Positions 32,026 to 46,529 of a DNA stretch of 64,000 bases are shown in pieces. The position numbers were made by a program, and so were the translations under genes. The notes below the pieces were generated by a model, which made no database searches, was not told where the DNA came from, and saw only the letters and a program-made list of their open reading frames with translations. Position 1 is the stretch's first letter. Every line of letters starts with the position of its first letter. The DNA is from the human T2T-CHM13v2.0 reference genome, Homo sapiens, in assembly GCF_009914755.1 (NCBI RefSeq), contig NC_060947.1. The stretch is one strand, 5' to 3'.

Positions 32026-32599
32026 TGCAAGAGGGAAAGAGAAGCATCCACCGTTGCTGGTGGTTTTGCTCTAAGTTGTTCATTTTTCATTCCTGTGATT
32101 GAATCTAAAGGCAAACAATTTCAGTGTTAACTAGAACCCCAGGCCCCTCAGATGATTTCCAAGAGAATAGGTACATATGTAATATGTACTTCCTTGCCCA
32201 TATCTTTAATGACTCCCCCAGCACTTTGCAAATATATTTCTTAATTTTCATGCCTGATTCCGAGGTGGCCAGAGAAGAAAACAGAAACTGAAATGGGTAA
32301 TAGACTTCCACTCACACATTGTTGGCTAGCATAAGAGGGAAAGTGGAGAGCCTCTTTTAGATTTCTCTGGGAGGTTAGAAGCAGATGGAGAAATCCTTGA
32401 GGCATAGACATTGGGAAGTAGAATGTGGGAAAGAATTTGAGAAGGACAAATCTTCATACTTTAAACAAACGATAAAAATCAGAAGAGCAAATGCAGCTGC
32501 CAAAAAGAGAATGTGCAGTCTTGGGAGTAGAGGCTGCTCGTTTTTACGTTGTTGCCTTACCAAAATGCAAAAAAAAAAAAAAAAAAAAAGCTGATTTGA

Positions 32600-32916
<317 letters not shown>

Positions 32917-33709
32917 AACAGAGATTCTAAAAGTTCAGTGTCTATAGTGGAAATATGTTTTTTTTCCAGAGCCATCCCAGCAGTAGCTTTCATTCATAAA
33001 ATGCTGTCTTGTATTCTTCAGCAGTTCAGGCATACTTAAATCACAGGAGTAGAAAATCGTTCATTTTGGGACAATGGTCCCGTTCCCACTGGTGATAAGT
33101 CTAGTCCATGCCATGCACGTTCAGACTGCTGTTGTTTCTAAGGGGGTAATCATTGGCCTTCTGGTTGCAGAAAGAGAACAGGGACATGTGCACTGTGCTC
33201 CAAAATGTCATCTATCACTGTTAATATCTCTCAGGAAAGAAGGCAAGCCTGTGAAAGGCTGTAAACAGCTTGCAGAACTGCAATAGGAGCTTTTTTGGCA
33301 ATCAAGAAAAATACTCATGTGACCTCCAAGACCACCAAGTAAAAGGACCTGATTATTGCTTCCTACAAACTTGTCTTTGGTGTTCAAGCTGGAGTTGTCT
33401 TTTTCAATGCAATCCATCTTTTGATCTGCTACCGACCTTTCCTACTCTGCTAGGGTCTGTGATCCCTTTTCTCACTGATATTTATGTCCCATATGAAAGC
33501 AATTATTCAACAGCACATTTCTGAAGTTGAGGAAGGCAACATCTCATACTTCACTATATCTTGCAAAGGTTCCACTCTACCCAAAATGAGCAAAAAATCA
33601 CTGTCTCAAAAACAGAAGTCCGGAGCCTTAAAGACCGTGACCCTTTATTGGACTAACCTGAATTTTTGTTTACTTTGGTATATTTAGATTTAAATTTTTA
33701 GAAGCCACC

Positions 33710-34035
33710 GGCTGAGAGCGGTGGCTCACACCTGTAATCCAAGCACTTTGGGAGGCTGAGGCAGGAGGATCGCTTGAGCCCAGGAGTTTGAGATCAGCCA
33801 GGGCAACATAAAGAGTCCCCCATCTCTACAAAAAAAATGAAAAATTAGCTGGACATGGTGGCGCGCACCCATAGTCTCAGCTACTTGGGAGCCTGAGGTG
33901 GGAGGACCGCTTGAGCCCAGGAGGTTGTGACTGCAGTGAGCCGTGATTGCGCCACTACACTTCAGCCTGGGCAACAGAGTAAGACTTTGTCTCAAAAAAA
34001 CAAAACAAAACAAAAAACAAAAATGAAAACAAAAA
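33710..34035 (+). mobile_element. AluJ
   Basis: GGAGGATCGCTTGAGCCCAGG-type motif in both arms. Confidence 0.9.
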
Positions 34036-34619
34036 TAGCAATATATTCTTGTCATAAAAAGAATTTAAATAATAACGAACGTATCATTAAAAAAAAATCA
34101 GGTATGCTTCCCTCAACACTGCTCCTCCAAGAAAACTTAACAGATTGATGCGTAGTCTTACAAATTCCTTTCAATTCTTATAAGGATATCTATGCCTTGT
34201 CCAAATCTCTCTACATTTTAAGAGAATAAATGGGATCAGAGTTGTTTGAAATTTGCTTTTTTTAGCATCATATAAGTAGAATGCTTACTACATTAGTACA
34301 TAAAGTATTTCATTTTTAAACTTATGTGTGTACATTTTTGTTTAAAATTGCTGTTTCTCAGATTATAAAAATAGTATATATTCACTCTAGAAAATTCGAG
34401 GAATACAGACAATTATAAATAAGAAGATTAAAAACAATACCACTAAAATATAAACACTGGTAATGTTTTGGCATATAGTCACTTAGTCTTTTATCTGGGC
34501 AAGAGAATAGAGGTATGGCTGCTTGTGTTATGCTTCTTTTTGTTACTACATTGCGATACACCAGTCTAATGTGCATTTTACCCTTCTTCTTTACTAAAGG
34601 AATTCAATTCTCTGCAGTA

Positions 34620-34998
34620 TAGCAATAGTTCCAGCAAAAACCAATGTTTCCAGTTAGTTAAAGATTCTGGATGAATGAGATGGAAGGGAAAGTTTATTGG
34701 AGATTTCAGGCAACATCTTGCTTTCCTTATTATTTCCTGGGAGCATGCATGTGAGGCTGGATGTGGAACAGCCACCTTGTAACCATGAGATGACAAGCAT
34801 GAGGACAAAATCACGGGCTAAGAGTGGTAGAATGGAAAGATAGAAGGAGCCTGGGACATGGATGATGACGGGAAAACATTGGAGAAGCTCAGGATGTTCT
34901 ACCTTCATATTTTTGGTAATATGAGGAAAATAAAATCCTATTTGAAAAACCTATTATAGTCAAAGTTCTAGTATATGAAAATAAACATGATCTCTGAT
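34620..34998 (+). mobile_element. Old MLT1 (J/K/L-like) LTR fragment
   Basis: GCCACCTTGTAACCATGAG..GAAAGATAGAAGGAGCCTGGG..GATG. Confidence 0.6.
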
Positions 34999-35182
34999 AT
35001 TCTCTAGATGCAAACTTTTAAAATCCTACTTTGTTCGTTTGACATTACATTGTGAGCACTTCCTGATGACATTAAATATTTCTTAAAAGGATAACTTTTA
35101 ATTGCTGCATAATATGTATTCTGTTGTGATCCAAACAACTGCTCTGTAGTTAGTATTAATGATAATTAGAAAATAGGAGGTT

Positions 35183-35563
35183 GGCCAGGTGCGGTAGCTC
35201 ACGCCTATAATCCTAGCACTTTGGGAGGCCAAGGCTGGTAGATGCCCTGAGGTCAGGAGTTTGAGACTAGCCTGACCAACATGGCAAAACCCCATCTCTA
35301 TGAAAAATACAAAAATTAGTCAGTATGGTGGCGGATGCCTGAAATCCCAGCTACTCAGGAGGCTGAGGCAGGAGAATCACTTGAACCCAGGAGGTGAAGG
35401 TTTCAGTGAGCCGAGATCACGCCACTGCACTCAAGCCTGGGCAACAGAGCCAGACCATCAAGCAAGCAAGCAAGCAAGCAAGAAAGAAAGAAAGAAAGAA
35501 AGAAAGAAAAAGGAAGGAAGGAAGGAAGGAAGGAAGGAAGGAAGGAAGGAAGGAAGGAAGGAA
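35183..35563 (+). mobile_element. AluS with compound (GCAA)(GAAA)(GGAA) microsatellite tail
   Basis: Full Alu; TSD GAAATAGGAGGTT. Confidence 0.9.
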
Positions 35564-35631
35564 ATAGGAGGTTAAGTTCAGCCTGGGCAACACAGCAAGA
35601 CCTTGTCTCTACAAAATAATGATAAAATTAG

Positions 35632-35881
35632 TTTTTTTTTTTTTAGATGGAGTTTTTTTGCTCTTGTTGCCCAGGCTGGAGTGCGCAATTGCGGCTTGCT
35701 GCAACCTCCGCCTCCCGGGTTCAAGTACCTGCCACCACACCCGGCTAATTTTTTGTATTTTTAGTAGAGACAGGGTTTTGCCATGTTGGCCAGGCTGGTC
35801 TCGAACTCCTGACCTCAGGTGATCCACCTGCCTCGGCATCCTAAATTGCTGGGATTACAGGCATGAGCCACCATGCCTGGC
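35632..35881 (-). mobile_element. AluS with an internal deletion of about 40 nt
   Basis: TCAAG joined directly to TACCTGCCACC; TSD AAAATTAGT. Confidence 0.88.
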
Positions 35882-37514
35882 AAAATTAGTATTCTTTTAA
35901 AAAGATAGAAAAGTCGAAACTTTCACAAGAGCAGCCCTTTCTTCAGCACCGTGGACCCACTTCTCATTCTAGAGTTTTTAAGGACTGGGTTTTATAGGCT
36001 TATACTGATTTTTGTGATAGTCACCATAGCACTATGATTTCTGTACTCTAAATCAAAGTTCATCAAGCACTGAGAAAACTCCACAGATGAGCAGTTAGCT
36101 GGTTCTGCTGAATAAGGTGATAAGCTAATATTTTAAGGTTTTAACTATTTTTTTCTTCATATATTCTGCCCTTTTCTTTCCTTCCATCTGAGTAGGTAGC
36201 TGGCTCTGTTCTCACTGTCTTGGGGAAAAGAGATAAAAGGTGACACAGCAAAAACCGTAAGTGTCTTGCAAGTTCAGGGATTCAAGAGGTCTAATCCCAC
36301 AAAGGAAGAAATTCCACAAGCACTGAGGACGTTTAAAATATAGAAAGGGAGAAGGCTTTTCCTCAAACTAGAAATGGATTATTCCAAGCTGGGCGAGAGG
36401 AGTGCAGAGAATCAAGTAACTTTCATTTATCGGCTGTTCTAGCAGGGAAGCATCAAGATCCTAGAAAGCAACGGCTGTTAGGTGCTTCTTGACAGGCAAG
36501 TCTGTATGAAGAGTTGGCAAAGATTCCTCAGCCCCAAGAGCACTAGGAAAGCAGCCAAGGACCTCTGACTTGAAGGGACCCAAGGACCAGGAGACTGGAC
36601 ATCTCAGCAGTTATCTATTTACACCTCTGATTAACAACTATATGCCTGTCTCTTCATTACTGTGATTCACCCCATATCCCCCAGCACCTTGGTATCACAC
36701 AAGAACTCAAATGCATGACATTGCTATGTTAAGGAGCCCACCACTGGGGCTCAAACTCTGAAATATAGATGTTAGAGAAATAGTTATATTTTTGCATAAC
36801 AATGATTGAAGCCTCAGAATCATACATGCTGCAACAATGTTAAGGATGAGCTCGATGAGCTCTTCTAACCCCAGTTTTTATCATGCAATGATTCACTATG
36901 ATGTTTTCTGCTCTGGCCAAGAAAAAAAAAGCCATTCTGATAACAGGAAATTTATCTCACACTTATAAAAAGCACACACTTGAATAGCTTTATCTTAAGA
37001 TTTTGGCATTAGCTTCTACCCTAATTCATATCCACATTTAGGGTTACACAGAACTACACCCCAACAAAAGTCAATTTCCAGATGTTTAACTTATCAGCCA
37101 GCTCTACCACAGTTTAAAATTATGATGCCAGGAAGTCTGATTATTTCAAATTTGAAAAGAATATTACCAAGCCACACCTTTCAAAAAATTTTATTAGCAT
37201 CTGACTCTTTGCTGAACAAGGAAGATGGGAAATGTAGTTGCATTCACAAAGAATGTGTGGAGACTGCCAAGAAAGCAAATCATTTTTGGAAGCCACCCTT
37301 ATTTGGAAATATTCTAGTTATAGAACTATGGTTTTTTTAAACAAAAGCATTCACCATATCCCCTTTTGAAAACACATCTTTCCGAAATATAGGAAAAGAA
37401 TCAAATACTATGCTATTCACTTTCTTCTACGATTTACTTGAAAACAACTAAGGTAAAAAGAAAAAAAAAAAGGACAATGCTTGCCAAGAACTGCAAGTAG
37501 CTTCCTGTAGGCAT

Positions 37515-37690
37515 TGTGATGTAGTGGAAAAAGCAAAGTCTCTGCAGTCAGACAGACCTGTTTTTGAAGCCTGACTGCACTCAACTAGTTGGGTGACCTT
37601 GGGCAAGTAACTTTATCTTCTCTATGATTCATCTGTAAAAATAATTAAATTATATTAAATGAGAAAACATATGTGAAAGTGCTTATTGAA
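37515..37690 (+). mobile_element. MIR
   Basis: GTCAGACAGACCTG; GTGACCTTGGGCAAGT; CATCTGTAAAA. Confidence 0.75.
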
Positions 37691-38233
37691 AGATATTCTC
37701 TCTGTAAGCCTTAAGGAAAAGCATAATAGTTATACATGGTTACTCTGATATATGGTAAAAAAACAAGTGCATGTCTTAGTAAATGCCCAAAACTATTTAG
37801 ACAAGTTCTAAAAGGAATTAAGCAGCAAAATGACGTAAAGTGTTACTTGGCCATATGCAAAATTAGAAACTGGAGTGAGATACATTGAAATAACTCCTAC
37901 TTATTGTACTTCAAATGGCTCCTATAAAGATCCTTTTTAAAGTCACTAGCTGCCTTATGAAATTTGCTATAAGCAAGACTTCTAGAAATTCTAATGTTCT
38001 AGAATTCTAATGCCAGATCTTGCTATTTCTAAGGGAATTATGAGAAGAAGATCAATGAAAAATGAATATCAGCAGTGTCTCCTCTTTTAGCCGGAGTAAA
38101 ATATTAGCTCAAGTCCAAAGGCAGCAGATGAGGTGACTTTCAGTAAAGTGAAGACTCTAGGGTTGATGGCAAGATTATAAAGTAGCTACCCCATCTCAAG
38201 TCATTCTCTCAGTTGTCCAATAATTTCATGATG

Positions 38234-38520
38234 GGCTGGGCACACCTATAAGCCCAGCACTTTGGGAGGCCGAGACAGGAGGATCACTTGAGGCCAGGAG
38301 TTCCAGACCAGCCTGGATAACATAGTGAGACCCCATCTCTACAAAAGAAAAATTAGCTGGGTGTGGTGGTATACCTCACACTCCAGAGGCACCTCAGCCT
38401 CCAGAGTAGCTGGTAGTTCCAGCTTGAGTCCAGGAGCTCAAGGTTACAGTAAGTCCAGATGGCACCATTGCACTCCAGCCTGGGTGACAGAGTGAGACCC
38501 TGTCTCAAAAATAATAGTAA
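38234..38520 (+). mobile_element. AluJ with an internal micro-inversion
   Basis: 38390-38413 is the reverse complement of Alu right-arm sequence; TSD AATAATTTCAT(G/T)ATG. Confidence 0.85.
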
Positions 38521-38590
38521 TAATTTCATTATGTCCTTTGGCTGTGTTGAAATTATTCGGTTAAGAAACCTCTACTCTAAGTATTATAAT

Positions 38591-38811
38591 CAAGAAGTCA
38601 GTAAACTATGGTGCATGAGCCAAACTCAGCCTGCTGTGCTTTTGTAAATAAAGTTTTATTTGAATACAGTCATGCCCATTCAGCTATGTAGTGTTATGCA
38701 TGCTTTTGCACCACAACAGCAGAGTTGAGAAGCTGTGACAGACTGTGTAATCCACAAAGACTAAAATATTTAATGTTTGGACCTTTAAAAAAAAAAATGT
38801 GCCAACGCCTG
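38591..38811. mobile_element. MER58A-like hAT-Charlie element
   Basis: TTTTGTAAATAAAGTTTTATT..ACAG.CATGCCCATT; CAGAGTTGAG; CTAAAATATTTA. Confidence 0.8.
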
Positions 38812-39857
38812 CTCTAACCCCTAAAAATCCACTTGCTACCTAAAATCAAAGACAATATATTTAACCTATCTATGAAATATTTTCATTTTAAAACATAACC
38901 ATGTTAACACTATCTGTAGGTTGCCTCCTTCAGCAGAGTGAGAGTCCTCTTTGTGCACCTTGCCCATGCTTATTCCTTTTCCAGAATAATAGAAGTCAGC
39001 AGTGTGGCACCCTGCATTAGAAAATTTGCCAAATTTTGATTTGGAGTCACTGTAAACTTTGCATTAAAAAAAAAAAAAAGCATGTGGAAGCTAATCTGCA
39101 GTTAGCTGCCTTTATTTCATTATCTTAGTTAAACAAACCCAAGTATAGCCAAAGTCAGCTTTGGAGGAGGTCTACCAATCTCTTAGGAGATTTGCTCTGA
39201 AGTAATATGCCTGAAACATATTAACTGTCCAACATTCTTTCTAAAGATTTGAAAACTTTGAGAATCATAGCAATGATATCTCTTGGAATACTGAGCAATG
39301 AGCCACAGCACTGTTGCGTTTCAGAAACCTTCCTCCCAAATCAAAATTGACAATCAGTCTGATTCAGCCCATAACTCATCCTCCCAAATAATGTGGTTTG
39401 AAAGATAAGGAGTCTGAATGAAGTAAAATAATGGCTGAAATAACTTGAAAAACAGATAGAAGACTGGAATCAGGGCAAAATCTCCATTCTAAGTATGCAA
39501 AGCCTTCAGGATGGATCCAAGCTACCATAAGTAATTCAAAAGCTATAACTTACTTGTGTCCAAGGGTCTTTGATATAAGAAGCTGGAGTGGAGAAAGTCA
39601 AAAAGAAGATTAGTCTGCCTTCCTTTGTTCTTCGTGGACATGTTCCAAGGTAAAGTTCAAACTAATGTTAGTCTTGGTTATTTAGTTTTATTATGCATAC
39701 AACAAAAATAAAGCAATCTCCATATTTTTCCCAATAAGTTGCAGGTTTTAAAATATATTTTAAAATAAAACTGATGGGGGTGGGGGGAGCTTCTTTTTGA
39801 AAACTGAATCTAAATAAAGGCCAGTAAAGTTTATAGTCTGGGTACTGAGGAAGGTGA

Positions 39858-40161
<304 letters not shown>

Positions 40162-40904
40162 TAAATGGCAAATTAGTATATCTTTAGCAACAAAACAACA
40201 TATAATGACATAGTTTCCTACAGTTCACAGATAGTTTTTACTGGATTCTAAATCTGGTTCTGCCATTTGGTTGCTAAAGAACTTTACTTCTCAGTTTTTG
40301 CCTGGGAGAGAAAAAAAAAAAAAAACAGAATGAAAGCTATTCCTAGAATAATGTGGTGACTTGAGGACTGTAAGTTCTAAGTTGTTTAGAGGTATATACT
40401 GATCCTTTTGGAGGAAAAGGAAAGGAGACTTTTACTGGAGTTCCTGGAGCTATTTGCAAATATGCTTTGAAACAGGAGTGCCAGAGCAAGGCACTAAAGC
40501 AAGTCTCATGACAACAGGAGCCCCACTATCAGGCCAATAATTATTTCAGAGAACCCAAGTAATGAAATACTACCAGGTTAACAGAAATGTAGTGACATAT
40601 CTATTCCACCCACAGGCTTAGGGACAGGGAGAAATGGCTGAATAGTTACAGAATGTGCATGTGTCTGTAAAGCTGAGTAGATTACTTTCAGCCAGACACC
40701 GATGAGGGGCCTTGGACCATGTCCACCGGAAAGGGGAAAATGAAAACTGAAACACTAAAGGCAGAGAACTGGAGTACTACTGAGCTCCCCCAGGGTCTGC
40801 AATTATGGTAAATTTCTTTTTGCCCAAAGTAAAAAGAAAGAGGTCTTTTTAGGGGGCTCTGTCAAATAGTCATCAGGAATTGGCCAATTTTAACCTATAC
40901 ACAG

Positions 40905-41830
<926 letters not shown>

Positions 41831-42190
41831 TTTGAAATAGATGCTGGAGTGAAATCAGCTTTTGTAGAAATTTCGCTCCCAGACTGTACTAGACATAAAA
41901 TATCTCAAACAGTTAAACATATAAAAATCAATTTTTAAAATGATTTCTGGAAAAGTTACTTGCCTGAATGACCTTGGCCATTCCACATTTTAACTCACAT
42001 TTCAACTTCATCCTACATGATGCCATTTAAACATGGTCCCTCTTTAGTAGCAAGACATAGGGTTGGTATAATGCCTATTGTTGGTCTAAGAATATCCAAA
42101 CCCTCTTATTTTGGCAAGGCCGGAGAGAGATGAAATATCTTTTGTTCAGAACAACCTTAGAAATAAAGACATACTCACTTTTTTGGGAAA

Positions 42191-42467
42191 TTACTTTGGG
42201 ATGTTGAGACAGAAGATTACTTGAGCCCAGGAGTTCGAGACAAGGCTGGACAATATAGAGAGACACTGTAGCTGGGACCACAGGCACACACCACCACGCC
42301 TGGCTAAATGGTGGTGTGTGCCTGTGGTCCCAGCTACTCAAGAGGCTGAGATGGGAGGATTGCTTGAGACTGGGAAGTCAAGGCTCCAATGAGCTGTGAT
42401 CATGCTGCTGCATTCCAACTTGGGTGACAGAGTGAGACCCTGTCAAAAAAACAAACAAACAAAAAAA
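42191..42467 (+). mobile_element. AluJ containing a perfect 29-bp inverted repeat in place of the A-rich linker
   Basis: Arms 42268-42296 and 42309-42337 are exact reverse complements. Confidence 0.88.
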
Positions 42468-43284
42468 CCCTAATCACCACTTTGGAAAATTAGACCCACA
42501 GAGATTGTTGGTTTATTTAAACAGACTTGAGCATCAGCATTTTAGCCTCACATAGTACTATATAATTGTACACCCTTGCACCTGAAGAGGCTTTTGCCAC
42601 TCAGTGAGTTAAGACACCTTTATATTGTTTATAGAGTAGGTGTGACAGACGGAACTCATTTTTGCACTTGCTCTGAAGCACCTTGTAGAGAAAGTTAGCA
42701 GGTTCTGGAAGCTATCTGGGGCCACAGAGCAAAGATTTTATCTATACCAATGAAACTCAACAGCTCAGCCAAGTATTGACAGTGACACCATTATTAAGCT
42801 CCACTGTGTACCCAAGTGAACAAATGTTTCCTGCATTATGTTATGTTAATCCCCCAGCATCTCATATTCCACTCTGCTCAAACTGGGCTATGCCCTTTTA
42901 CTGATGATATCCTGTATTTTTCTACCTTAATACTTTTGCTGCTGCTGTTCCCTAATTTGTGCTATAGTTTTTTTTCCCGTGTATCTAACACATCTCTTTT
43001 ATTTAACTGTGAGCCTATTCATTCATTCATTTAAGTATAATCTTATAACAAAGGGGAAAAGAAAAAAATAAGTAAGCTAAACTAAAGATCTAATCAGGAG
43101 ACCTCATTGTTAAAACATATAGCAGAAATATGGTATTAGGGATGCTTGATGCCAGATGAAGCTGCTGAGAGTCATGGACTCATGTTCATGGTCCACAAGG
43201 GTCTATCTCGAGTATTAGAAATCAAGGTGACTTAGTTTTATTGCAACCTGGGCTAGCCAAAAACATAGTTCAACAAATAGTTTT

Positions 43285-43608
<324 letters not shown>

Positions 43609-43825
43609 TTAAATAGTTTTAAAACTTATACACAAAGTCAAATAAGGCATGTTCCCTGCCTGAAGGGGTGAAAAAACATGGACCAACAAATATAATAATT
43701 GGAATACATGATAAAATATGCACATGGTTAGGAACATATCATCTTATTCCTCTTTACCTCCCCCTGACTGCCTAACAATGTCTTATACACAATAATTTAT
43801 TTTTTCTAGTTTTTCCATTTTGCAT

Positions 43826-44137
<312 letters not shown>

Positions 44138-44368
44138 TAAAATTGAATGGAATTCAATTTTCCAAACTAGAAGGCACAGATTCAGATCCTACCTTGGTAT
44201 AAATATTCTCTGTTCAATACAGACTTGCTATAAGCTATGTGGAACATGGGAAGGTAGAAAACATTAATTTCAAGTGCCAGGTTAAAATTATGTTGAAAAG
44301 TAAAATTAGTTGCCCTATGGTTCAACATGCAAATTGCAGCACCAAAACAGAAACTGAAAAATAGAGTA

Positions 44369-44670
44369 GGCTGGGTGCAGTGTCTCACATCTATAATCCC
44401 AGCACTCTGGGAGGCTGAGGTGGGAAGATCACTTGGGCCTAGGAGTTCAAGACAAGCCTGGGCAACATAGTAAGACCTTGTCTCTACAAAAAATAAAATT
44501 AGCTGGGTGCAGTGGCATGCACCTGTAGTCCTAGCTACTCTGGAGGCTGAGGTGGGAGGATCACTTGGGACTGGGAGGTTGAGGCTGCAATGAGCTGTGA
44601 CGGTACTACTGCATTCCAGCCTGGGCAACAGAGTGCGACCTTGATTCGGTTAATTAATTAATTAATTAAT
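44369..44670 (+). mobile_element. AluJ with (TTAA)n tail
   Basis: Dimeric Alu. Confidence 0.88.
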
Positions 44671-44699
44671 TTGTACTTAAGATATAAAGTTTCAAATAA

Positions 44700-44787
44700 G
44701 ATATACCCTATGTTAAGATATTATATCACCAAAACTATGCTTTGATATACCCTATGTTAAGATATTATATCACCAAAACTATGCTTT
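44700..44787 (+). repeat. Perfect 44-bp tandem duplication
   Basis: GATATACCCTATGTTAAGATATTATATCACCAAAACTATGCTTT x2. Confidence 0.95.
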
Positions 44788-45095
44788 TTCAACTCCAACA
44801 TTTTCAAAAACCTTTAAAAAGTTTTCCAAGGTTAAAGGCAAGTAAGAAATATTTCACATTTCAGAGCCAGTTATCCTTGAAAATTATGGAAATTGTTTCT
44901 TTTTCAGTTGATCATAGAATGGGCTGATTGCCATAAGTTACCATGTGACACAGGAAGGAAAAAGGATGTTGGCAGTGAAATGCTCTATTTGTAACTCTTT
45001 ATTTAATTTTCAATGTGAGATGAGGGATGATAGAGCTATATCATGAGTCTCCTCAAAATTATATATTCATTTTTGACCTGTAAATGCCTGAGTTA

Positions 45096-45426
45096 CAGGG
45101 CTGGATTAAGCCCTATAAAGGCACTAAGCCATGAAAAGATTGCAGTGCCTCCACTTTATATGTGATTTAGAATTTAAAAGATATGCTATAATTCATAGGA
45201 CAGTGCACGAAAAAGTTCATTTTACTGTATGATAATTTTAAAAATAAAATAATGATATACTATATACTAAGTAAATAGAAATCTAAGCTATATTTAGGTT
45301 TTTCCCATAATGACTGTCTCAATGCTTTGCATAAAATAATAAACTCCAAATTCTCCCGCCCCCCAAAAGAGTTCATGCCCCAGGTTTGTGATCACGTGCT
45401 CTGTCTATTGGGTAAAACCAGCACTG
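45096..45426. mobile_element. Probable hAT-type non-autonomous DNA element (family not assigned)
   Basis: Imperfect terminal inverted repeats CAGGGCTGGATTAA ... TAAAACCAGCACTG around an AT-rich interior. Confidence 0.55.
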
Positions 45427-45466
45427 TATGAGAGGAGTTACCCACAGCCTTCTCTTAGCTTTACAA

Positions 45467-45615
45467 TTTTTTTTTAAGAGATGAGGTCTTGCAGCCCTGG
45501 CTGGAGTACAATGGCACGATCATAGCTCACTGCGGCCTCAAACTCTGGGCTCAAGCAATCCTCCCATCTCAGACTCCGAATAGCTGGGACTGCAGACCCA
45601 TCACCATGCTTGGCT
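45467..45615 (-). mobile_element. Alu right-arm monomer (FRAM or AluJ)
   Basis: Right arm only. Confidence 0.8.
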
Positions 45616-46529
45616 GGCTTTAGAATCTTTAGAGCAATTCAGAGCTGAATAACATCCAAGAATAAGTTTCCTTGAGTAGAAATGCAAAGGATATAGCTCT
45701 TATAATGGCTACCAGTATAGGCCTTCTGTAAACCCAGAGAAGCCAGGTGCTAGCATAGTATGATTTCAGGAGCACACTGGGGGCAATTTGGTCCTCCTGA
45801 CTTGTATTTCTTACCATGTAGTCAATCCTAATGGCTTTTGTTCAGAAGAAATGAAGAGCTAAACTGGGTTGAGGCATTCTGTTTTGTCAGAGGGATAACA
45901 TCTGTATGGATGAGGAATTGGTTTATATAACTAAAAGATATTCCTTTGCCACCAAGCCAAAAGCTGGACATAAGAATGGCCAACTAGAGCAGGGATGGGA
46001 ATGAGAGGAGGGGAAAGCTGGGATATGATTCATATCAAATTTTATTTAAATGTGTTTTTTAAAGTTGTGTTTAGGTGTAGCAAAGTTTTATAATACCAAG
46101 CTATTTTTAGAGGATAGTCTAGGTAATGAACAAAAATACTCTTGCATGTGTCAAATCGCTCAGAGGACCAGGTGCATGGCTGGCAAATACCAGGTGGAAT
46201 AAAAGCAGGGAAGCAGCAGCAAAGATTGAAAGGCAATCTATTTAGGAAAGAACTGGTCAACAGGGTGGAGGAGGAAGCGAAGGAGCAGTTCAAGCTGTGT
46301 GGCCTGATTAATTTTTCTGTTGTGGAAGCTGAATGCATGAGACAGATTCTTCCATAAGCTTTCAAATAGGAAGAGACTGAGCAATTCAGGGGCAGCACAG
46401 CCAAGTGCCGCAAGATACATGAAGCAGTAAGATTCTTTTTCAAGGACAGTTAAGTTCATAATGTAAACTGGGGGCAGAGGAGGAGTTTCAGGAGTTTTGA
46501 GCCTTGATTGGATTGTTAGAAGTCTAACT

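Noticed and set aside
31699-32130. 143-aa plus-strand ORF
   Set aside because: Antisense shadow of the GC-rich B3GNTL1 relic; non-ATG start and no independent homology that I recognise.
32569-32589. Isolated A21 run as the tail of another retrocopy
   Set aside because: No polyadenylation signal at a suitable distance, no TSD and no recognisable upstream mRNA; wrong strand for the B3GNTL1 copy.
46142-46357. 71-aa helical-looking ORF in unique sequence
   Set aside because: Short, non-ATG start, no recognisable homology or clear splice context.
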